This document shows, one piece after another, positions 1 through 7,730 of a stretch of 12,856 nt of DNA; within the stretch, counting starts at the first letter, position 1, and each line of letters starts with the position of its first letter. The stretch is taken from assembly GCF_006345805.1 (NCBI RefSeq), contig NW_021826476.1, forward strand, positions 1-12,856, in the 5' to 3' direction. The position numbers and the translations under genes were made by a program. This stretch comes from Octopus sinensis. Lineage: Eukaryota. Under the pieces are notes generated by a model that saw nothing but the letters and a program-made list of their open reading frames with translations, ran no database searches and was not told the DNA's origin.

Positions 1-2450
1 TAATATGGATCTCATACATAATGTGAAAGTGACACCGACACTACTCTCGGATCACAACATGGTAGAGCTGACCATGTACGGGCCAAAGGAAACATGGACC
101 TGCAGTCTCAAGAAACTCTCTGAATCTTTCCAGCTTGAACTTCCATAAGGCAAATTGGAAACAAATTGAGAAAGAGATCCTCAAACAAACTGACCTGAAT
201 GTCTCTCCTCGCCAGACATCGACATGAAACTTCAACAATTCATGTCTGTAATGCAAGCCATATGCTACAAATGTGTCCCAGAGAGAAAGGCCACTGTACA
301 CAAGAACAAAATCCCCAGAGAGTGGAAAATTCTCATGAGACGGCGTACAAAAGTTTCAAATCGCCTAAACAAACATAATGAAAGCAGTGAAAAGTCCCGC
401 CTGAAAATAAAACTGTTGGAAATTGAAAAATGTCTGCAACTCTCCCATGAAAAAGAAAGAGCAGACAAAAAAGCCTGGGCTATAGGCAACATAAAATCAA
501 ACCCCAGAGCTTTCTACAGGTATGCCAAAGAAACAGCTACGGTGCACTGTAGGATAGGGCCACTCCTTAAAAAGGATGGTACACTCACAGAAAATCCAAT
601 GAGAATAAGTGAAATACTAAATGAGCAATTCAAGAGTATTTTCACTCCACCCCTAGGGCATTTTCAAGTCAGCAATCCAACTGACTTCTTTACCACTGCA
701 GATATAAAATCAGAGGCAGCGATGATTGATTACATCAATATAAAGGAAGACGATGTAATAAAGGCTATAGATGAAATGAAAACAAACTCAGCTACTGGCC
801 CCGATGGATTCCCAGCAATCCTTCTAAAAGTATGTAAGAGAGTCCTAGCAAGACCACTGCAGTTCCTCTTTCAGAGCATCCTTGCAACTGGCAAACTTCC
901 AAGAAAACTGAAGGAAGGTAAAATATGCCCTATTCATAACGGGGGTAGCAGAGCGGAGGCCAAGAACTACAGACCTATATCTCTGACCTCACACATCAGC
1001 AAGGTCATGGAACGAATAGTCAGAAGGAAACTAATCACCTTCCTTGAAGAAAATGACTTGTTGCCTGATACCCAATATGGTTTTCGACCAGAAAGAAGCT
1101 GCCTATCGCAGCTCCTACAGCACTATGACTGGGTGCTGAAACGACTGCTCAACCACTGAAATGTGGAAGTCATATATCTCGACTTTGCAAAGGCCTTTGA
1201 TAAAGTCGATCATGGAATGATATGTCACAAACCGCGTGATCTTGGCGTAGTTGGAAAATTGGGAGAATGGCTTCATGACTTACTGAAGGATAGAAGCCAG
1301 GTGGTAGTAGCCAATGGGGCCACTTCCATTAACACGCAAATAGTGAGCGGTGTTCCGCAAGTCACTGTTTTGGGACCACTACTGTTCATAATGGCCCTCT
1401 CAGACATGCCCTCAGCCACGCAGAGATCCACGATCACAAGTTATGCAGACGAATCAAAAGTTTCACAGGTAATACAGAACCCTGAAGACACTATGCACCT
1501 GCAATGTGAGCTGGACAAAATATACAAGTGGGCTGAAAAGAATAGCATGCAGTTCAATGCTGAAAAGTTTCAAGCTTTATACTATCAGCATGCAAAACTA
1601 AATGCAATACCCAATAAATACACTGGACCTGGAGGGATTGCGATCCCAGAGGCACAATCAGTGCGAGACCTGGGTATTTACATGAGTAATGATGCAACCT
1701 TTCATGTGCATATTGCTAAATTGGCAATGAAATGTAGGCGGCTGGCCGGATGGATTCTTAAAACCTTTAGAACCAGAGACTAGGAAAGCATGATGGTCCT
1801 CTGGAGGACACTTGTCCTAAGCCACTTTGACTATTGCTCTCAGCTATGGTCACCCTCCAGTGTCAAGTTAATTACAGAACTTGAGGCAATCCAATGAAGC
1901 TAAACGAATAAGATAGCCTTTGTGCAGCATATAAGCTACTGGGAAAGACTCAAGAGATTAAGACTCTATTCCTTGGAGCGTAGGCGAGAAAGATATACCA
2001 TAATATACATCTGGAAGATCCTAGAAGGACTTGTCCCAAACTTTAGCATTGAGAGTTACACAAATACTAGAATTGGGTGCCACTGCATAGTGCCAAGGAC
2101 TCCAAATTTGCCATCAAGATGTAGGACAAGATACTGTGATAGCCTGGGTTTCAGAGGCCCACAGCTCTTTAATATCCTCCCGAAAGACCTAAGAGACCTG
2201 CATGGGGTGGATGCAGATGTCTTTAAATTATAACTGTATCTCTTCCTGTCAGGTGTCCCAGATGAACCAACTTCACGGCAGGAGGTGTGGATGAGGGCAG
2301 CGGCATCGAACACTCTCATGCACCAAATAACAATTGCTAAAAAGCATTCGTGAAGTAAAATCATGTAGCAACACCAAATGGCGGTGCCCCAGCATGGCCA
2401 CAGCACGTGAGCTGAAACTAGATAAAATAAAAAATAAAAATAAAGTAAAA
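1..2450 (+). mobile_element. CR1/L2-group non-LTR retrotransposon (LINE), copy A; runs off the left edge of the window; 3' end complete with double-hairpin tail and A-rich (TAAAA)n tail
   Basis: End of the APE endonuclease domain (TLLSDHNMV, 38-64), linker LNFHKANW, RT motifs GPDG, KNYRPISLTS, QYGFR, YLDFAKAFDKV, GVPQ.TVLGPLLF, YADE, VRDLGI, and the CR1-type C-terminus LYSLERRRERY. Natural stop TGA at 2351-2353; 3' tail at 2380-2450. Confidence 0.95.
2..2353 (+). pseudogene. Disrupted LINE ORF2 (endonuclease-reverse transcriptase)
   Basis: Track ORFs 224-1159, 1163-1783 and 1922-2233 are all in one frame, broken by in-frame stops at 1157, 1781, 1895, 1901 and 2231. There are two frameshifts in the EN-RT linker (about 80-120 and about 188) and a probable TGG>TGA at 191. 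Catalytic YADD reads YADE (1442-1453). Confidence 0.93.
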
Positions 2451-2607
2451 TATACATATATATATACATAAATATACATATTAACATATATATACATATA
2501 TATAATAAAATATACATATATATATACATATATTATATACAATATATATATATATATATATAGTATATATATATATATATAATATATATATATACATATA
2601 TATGTAT
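2451..2607. repeat. Imperfect (TA)n microsatellite
   Basis: Read directly from the sequence; follows the LINE tail. Confidence 0.95.
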
Positions 2608-3359
2608 ACTCCTCCCCGACTCCTACTCTCTTCACTCCTACTCTCTTCCTCTCTCTTCTTTTTCCTCTTCTCTTTTACTCTCTTTCTCTCTTCTCTCCGC
2701 CTCTCTTCTCTCCTACTCTCTTTCTCTCCCCTCCTTCCCTATCCTTCCAATCACCCCCACATACCTCACCCCTATCCCACACCCACTCCCCCACATACCT
2801 CACCTCTACTCCACCCCCTGTCTATCCACAACCCCCACTCTACCCCATCCCCCAGCCGAACCCACACCCCAGCTGTGCTTTCCCCACTCTCGCCTTCCCC
2901 ACCTCCCCACAGCATCACACCACACTGTACTACACCATACAACATTACACATCACATCACAACACACCACCCACACACCCATCCCCACATCTTCACCCTT
3001 ACACATACATACACGCACAAGTCCAGACCACCAGCCCTCTTTCACACGCACATACATACTCTCTTATACACACACGCACCTTTGTGTTGGGGATCCTTCG
3101 TGTTGGAGGTCATCCTGACCTTGTTATCTCCCCTATGTTCCCCCCCCCTCCCGTCTGACCACTTTGTCCGAGTCAGACGCCATGATAGATCGTTAGCTAC
3201 TACACACATTATTTTCTCTCCTTGTTTTTCTGTGTACCTTTCTGTAGAAGAGCGTAGGCTCGAAACATAAAAGACTTTTTCTCTTCCCGAGCGCTATACT
3301 AATACATCTGTTTGTTTTATACATCACCTTCGTCTTTTGTTTATTTTCGTAAACTTTCC

Positions 3360-3362
<3 letters not shown>
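2608..3362 (+). mobile_element. Probable Penelope-like element 3' end / pseudo-LTR (non-coding): C/T-rich low-complexity body, hairpins, hammerhead motif, T-rich tail
   Basis: Bounded by (TA)n on both sides. Contains a hammerhead-like motif at 3238-3273 and hairpins at 3107-3121 and 3152-3179. No coding remnant was seen, so the PLE call rests on the ribozyme and the architecture. Confidence 0.6.
3238..3273 (+). ncRNA. Minimal type I hammerhead ribozyme-like motif (variant core, probably decayed)
   Basis: CUUU-CUGUAGA-A-GAGC(GUAG)GCUC-GAAA-CA-UA^AAAG. Stem I CUUU/AAAG, stem II GAGC/GCUC. A6 is U, and stem III reads ACAU (ACGU would be palindromic). Confidence 0.6.
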
Positions 3363-3397
<35 letters not shown>

Positions 3398-3463
3398 TAC
3401 TCCTTTTTTTTATATATATATATTTATGTGTGTGTGTGTTATATTTATTATATATATATAATA
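3363..3463. repeat. (TA)n/(TG)n microsatellite
   Basis: Read directly from the sequence. Confidence 0.9.
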
Positions 3464-3596
3464 TTCCTACGGTCATTTCATTTTAAACATCCTTTCATTT
3501 TAAACTCCCTCCATTCCATAATTTATTTTGAATTTTTAAAAGAAATGTGTTCCTACATTTGTTTTTACTTATCTATATTTTTAATTATACTTTACA

Positions 3597-3603
3597 AATA
3601 TAC

Positions 3604-3681
<78 letters not shown>
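3597..3681. repeat. (TA)n microsatellite at the 3' end of LINE copy B
   Basis: Read directly from the sequence. Confidence 0.95.
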
Positions 3682-3683
<2 letters not shown>

Positions 3684-4994
3684 TAGTTTCAGCTCAGAGC
3701 TGCGGCCATGCTGATGCACCGCCGTTTTGTGCTACACTGTTATTACGAAGAGCCTCCTCTAATATGTGGCACTTGGTGAAGAATGGAGTTTGATATAGCT
3801 ACTCTCATTTGCACCTCTTGCCGTGAGGTAGCTTCATCTGGGACTCTTGAGAGGAAGATGTCCAGTTTTGATTTAAAAACCGCTACATCTACTTTGCGCA
3901 AGTTCCTCAGACTCGCTGGGAGAATATTAAAAAGCTGTGGGCCCTTGAAACCCAGGCTGTTGCAGAAGCTGGTCCTGAAGCGTGATGGCATTGCTGGGAT
4001 CTTTGGCACTATGCAGTGTCGTCCCGTTCTAGCATTGGTGTATCTTACAATGCCAAAATTTGGCACAATTACTTCCAGGATCTTCCAGACATATATTATT
4101 GCATACCTCTCCCGTCTTCTTTCCAGGGAGTAGAGTCTTAGCTGTTTCAACCTTTCCCAGTAGCTGAGCTGTTGCAAAGAGACGATCTTCTTTGTGAATC
4201 TTCTCTGGATTGCTTCAAGGTCTGCTGTTAATTTTACACTGGTGGGTGACCATAGCTGTGAGCAGTAATCCAGGCGACTGAGGATGAATGTCCGACAGAG
4301 GACCATCATGGTTTCCTTATCTCTGGTTCTGAATGCTCTTAGGATCCACCCAGCCAGTCGTCTGCACTTTGTCGCCATCCTGGTAATGTGCACTTGGAAA
4401 GAGGTATCATCACTCATGTCGATACCCAGGTCCCTCACAGACTTAGGCTCTGGGATTGAAATTCCCTGTGGACCGGTGTATCCTGTAAGTTTAATATTCA
4501 GTTTTGGATGTTGGTAGCGCAGGTCCTGGAATTTTTCAGCATTAAACTTTATATTATTATCCTCAGCCCATCTGTAGATTGAGTCCAACTCCTGCTGCAT
4601 GTGTGCAACATCGCTGGGGTTCTGTATTTTCTGCGAGACTTTCGTATCGTCTGCATAGCTGGCCAGAGTGGCTATCCGGGCATTTGAGGGCATATCTGAG
4701 AGGGCCACTATAAAAAGCAGTGGTCCCAAGACAGTGCCCTGTGGAACACCGCTCACTATTTGTGTGTTCATAGAGGTGGCTCCATTAACCACTACTGCCT
4801 GACTCCTATCTTTCAGGAAGTCATGCAACCACACTCCAAGTTTTCCAGCTATGCCGAGGTCACGTAGTTTGTGGCATATCATACCATGATCCACCTTGTC
4901 AAAGCTTTTGCAAAATCAAGGTAGATTACGTCCACATTTGATTTGTTGAGTAACTGCCTCAACACCCAGTCATAATGCTGTAAGAGGTGGGTTA
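3681..4994 (-). mobile_element. CR1/L2-group LINE, copy B, 5'-truncated within the RT domain
   Basis: Homology to copy A begins at [12 protein letters not shown] (about 4994). ORF 4894-3743 contains GVPQGTVLGPLLF, intact YADD, VRDLGI and LYSLERRRERY. The same 3' tail as copy A lies at 3681-3723. Confidence 0.95.
3743..4994 (-). pseudogene. Truncated LINE ORF2 reverse transcriptase fragment
   Basis: 383-aa uninterrupted reading frame, plus about 30 upstream codons offset by a 1-nt deletion in AKA(F)DK at about 4901-4905. It lacks the endonuclease and the N-terminal part of RT. Confidence 0.92.
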
Positions 4995-5049
4995 ATCCAA
5001 ACAAGAAAGCACAAAAGACACAACAACGCGAGGACGCGGACAATAAGTA

Positions 5050-5180
<131 letters not shown>

Positions 5181-5224
5181 CTGTAAAATAATTGTCACAT
5201 ATTATTTTATAGATAAATTCCTCT

Positions 5225-5633
5225 CTCTTTACTCTTTACTCTTTTACTTGTTTCAGTCATTTGACTGTGGCCATGCTGGAGCACCGCCTTTAGTCGAGCA
5301 AATCGATCCCGGGACTTATTCTTTGTAAGCCCAGTACTTATTATATCGGTCTCTTTTGCCGAACCGCTAAGTGACGGGGACGTAAACACACCAGCATCGG
5401 TTGTCAAGCAATGCTAGGGGGACAAGCACAGACACACACACACATACATATATACATATATATACATATGTACGACAGGCTTCTTTCAGTTTCCGTCTAC
5501 CAAATCCACTCACAAGGCATTGGTCGGCCCGGGGCTATAGCAGAAGACACTTGCCCAAGATGCCACGCAGTGGGACTGAACCCGGAACCATGTGGTTGGT
5601 TAGCAAGCTACTTACCACACAGCCATTCCTGCG
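5225..5633 (-). mobile_element. Full-length tRNA-derived SINE with internal microsatellite and LINE-like 3' tail
   Basis: On the minus strand: Pol III A box TGGCTGTGTGG (5625-5615), B-box-like GGTTCAGTCCC (5582-5572), CORE-like CTTGGGCAAGTGTCTT, internal (TA/TG)n at about 5430-5472, tail GGCGGTGCTCCAGCATGGCCACAGTCAAATGACTGAAAC, then (AAAGAGT)n. Confidence 0.88.
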
Positions 5634-5639
5634 AAAGCG

Positions 5640-5707
5640 GTTAGTCGATTCAACTAAATCTTCTATGACTGGTACTTTATTTTTACCAATACCGAAACAA
5701 CGAAATA
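5640..5707 (-). mobile_element. Degenerate fragment of the SINE family seen at 12641
   Basis: AGTCGAT...ACTGGTACTTTATTTT...CCGAAA is the approximate reverse complement of TTTCGG...AAAATAAGGTACCAGT...ATCGACT at about 12750-12802. Confidence 0.5.
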
Positions 5708-5737
5708 TTGAGGTCTCCTTCTTTCTTTTGTTATCTT

Positions 5738-5744
5738 ACATATA

Positions 5745-5800
<56 letters not shown>

Positions 5801-5818
5801 ATATATTTATATATATAC

Positions 5819-5850
<32 letters not shown>

Positions 5851-5852
5851 CA
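5738..5852. repeat. (TA)n microsatellite
   Basis: Read directly from the sequence. Confidence 0.95.
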
Positions 5853-6192
5853 TTTAAGATCAAATCTAACTTTACTTGTGCCTCTGAAACATAATTTATG
5901 TTATTAAATGCTCGGGCTGCCACCAAGACTACGTGGGTTCCACGGGACTATCACTCAGGCGCAGATGCACACTGCATCGACAACAGATTGCATTCCCAGA
6001 ATATAGAATGATACCTTTTAGTGAGCACATTGAGAAATGCGCAAAGCAACTACTGCCACAATTTTTAATCTTCCCATTTTACCAATGTGCTTTCGGATCA
6101 TCAACACAAATGAGACTGAACAAAGAAACATTCTTCATTGAAAGTACAAACCCAGACTCAACCATCCGAACATACTGACACAGAGAAATTAA
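5853..6192 (+). pseudogene. GIY-YIG endonuclease domain of a Penelope-like element (two frameshifts)
   Basis: Repairing 1-nt deletions at about 5888 and about 6142 gives FKIKSNFTCASENIIYVIKCSGCHQDYVGSTGLSLRRRCTLHRQQIAFPEYRMIPFSEHIEKC...MRLNKETFFIEKYKPRLN. This has IIY...YVG, CxxC plus two His (CCHH), catalytic R and E, and a terminal P.LN motif. Track ORF 5933-6178 is its middle part. Confidence 0.88.
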
Positions 6193-6325
6193 CAAGGAAA
6201 AGGAAAAAAAAATTTTAAGCGATTATCTCCCCTACACCGGAAAAAATCACTCACTACCTCCCCTTATTTAGAAATCTCCTGGAAATAAAAAACGATAATT
6301 CCATGCAATATAAACATAACGTCAC

Positions 6326-6365
6326 AAGAAATTTGAAAAGCTACACGCGAAACCGGTAATTTCTT
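6326..6365 (+). ncRNA. Minimal type I hammerhead ribozyme, U3-A8 core variant
   Basis: AAGAAAU-UUGAAAA-GC(UACAC)GC-GAA-ACCGGU-A^AUUUCUU. Perfect 7-bp stem I, compensatory C3U/G8A, palindromic stem III ACCGGU. Predicted cleavage after 6358. Confidence 0.85.
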
Positions 6366-6553
6366 TAAAATTTTAAAATTATGTCATTTTAAGGAAAGGG
6401 AAAAAAAATTTTTCCCAAAAAAATTTTTCCAATATTCTCCAGACATTTTGACACAAATATATATATTTTTTAACATTTAAGCCTTCTGTCGTTTTTTCAC
6501 ACTTTACTATTTTCTTATATATTCACCCACGTGCTTTACCAAACAAACTTTCT

Positions 6554-6603
6554 TATATATATATATATATATATATATATGTTTGTGTGTGTGTGTGGGT
6601 GTG
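6554..6603. repeat. (TA)n(TG)n microsatellite between two convergent PLE-type ends
   Basis: Read directly from the sequence. Confidence 0.92.
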
Positions 6604-7035
6604 AACATAATCAAAAAGGGTAATAACATAGGTTATTATAACCAGTGGCCTAGCACAAAAGATGAATTAGTCATTAGACAAAATATTATTCATACAGAAA
6701 TATAATAAAAGGCTCCCAAATAAGGAAGCTTAGTGCTAGAGACATAAAGAGGGATAAATTCATGGAGAGAGTGAAAATCATAAACATTTACCATTAACGA
6801 TATATCCCGGACTGATCAGTTTCTACCTCTTTCTAGCAAAACAGACAGAATATGTTTGCCAAGGCAAGGTTCGTCAGCGGGACGCTTTCCTAATTCTAGA
6901 TGCACAGAGCGTTAGAGCACATGTCGGTCTAACGATTTGTATATCTTAACTTTTCAAACCTCTGCGCAGACGCAGAATATACCCGGCAACATAGGGCATC
7001 CCGGTAAAAAATTTTACGGACAAATTTATCAAGTA
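6604..7035 (-). mobile_element. Hammerhead-bearing non-coding element (PLE pseudo-LTR or retrozyme-like monomer), about 430 bp
   Basis: Unique-sequence island between microsatellites. Contains a type I hammerhead on the minus strand and several hairpins (6910-6934, 6961-6976, 7001-7019). No credible ORF. Confidence 0.65.
6804..6883 (-). ncRNA. Type I hammerhead ribozyme with long stem II and 10-nt palindromic stem III
   Basis: Minus strand: GUCCCG-CUGACGA-ACCUU...UUGGCAAA...UUUGCUAG...GAGGU-A-GAA-ACUGAUCAGU-C^CGGGAU. Canonical CUGANGA and GUC cleavage triplet; one extra A before GAAA. Confidence 0.8.
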
Positions 7036-7056
7036 ATATGTATATATATATAATTT

Positions 7057-7140
<84 letters not shown>

Positions 7141-7239
7141 CATTATATTATACATATATATATATATATACATATATATATACACATATTATATACATAT
7201 ATATATGCCTACATACATACATATATATATATATATACA

Positions 7240-7275
<36 letters not shown>

Positions 7276-7313
7276 TATATATATTATACATACATAAATA
7301 TATATATATATAT
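7036..7313. repeat. (TA)n / (TACA)n compound microsatellite
   Basis: Read directly from the sequence. Confidence 0.95.
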
Positions 7314-7364
7314 TAGTAGCTGAAGTTGTAATAGCCATTTTTTTTTGCTGTTTGAGTTATTTAT

Positions 7365-7548
7365 TTCTTCTCCTTCCTCTTCTTCTTTTTCTTTTTCTTT
7401 TTCTTTTTCTTCTTCTTTTTCTTCTTTTTCTCTTCTTCTTCTTCTCTTCTTCTTCTTCTTCTTCTTCTTCTTCTTCTTCTTCTTCTTCTTCTTCTTCTTC
7501 TTCGTCTTCATCATCATCATCATCGTCGTCGTTGTTTTTGTCGTCATC
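7365..7548. repeat. Compound trinucleotide repeat (TTC)n grading into (ATC)n and (GTC)n
   Basis: Read directly from the sequence; it generates the poly-S/F/E/K ORFs in the track. Confidence 0.95.
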
Positions 7549-7619
7549 CTTATACCGCTCATTGTCATTCCGTATTTCATTGTGCCCCGATCTCTTTTTC
7601 TCTTTCACCTTCTCGTAAT

Positions 7620-7730
7620 CTCTTTCTTTCTTTTTTTTCTCTCTCTGCTCTCTCTCTCTCTCTTTCTCTCCTCTCTCTCTCTCACACACACACACAAATA
7701 CACACACTCACATACTCACCCCCACACAGC
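7620..7730. repeat. (CT)n(CA)n microsatellite
   Basis: Read directly from the sequence. Confidence 0.9.

Larger units (their letters stand above)
5853..6553 (+). mobile_element. 5'-truncated Penelope-like element (GIY-YIG endonuclease, 3' UTR with hammerhead)
   Basis: GIY-YIG remnant followed about 135 nt after its stop by a minimal hammerhead. Flanked by (TA)n on both sides. Confidence 0.88.

Noticed and set aside
3464-3596. AT-rich island with direct repeat TTTCATTTTAAAC x2
   Set aside because: Possibly another element tail, but it has no diagnostic motif and is too AT-rich to call.
2273-3793. Track ORFs 2273-2635, 2602-3270, 2806-3057 and 3428-3793
   Set aside because: Translations of microsatellite or C/T-rich low-complexity DNA (YIYI, poly-S/L/P/H) with no domain signal.
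3783-4517. Plus-strand ORFs 3783-4133 and 4284-4517, and minus-strand ORFs 41-301, 265-492 and 2056-2529
   Set aside because: Antisense shadows of LINE ORF2.
5560-5633. Possible tRNA gene (also 9880-9925 and 12641-12730)
   Set aside because: A/B boxes are present, but no full cloverleaf could be folded and each continues into a SINE body.
5207-5907. ORFs overlapping the SINE (5207-5407, 5401-5907, 5411-5644)
   Set aside because: Chance frames through a Pol III SINE and (TA)n.
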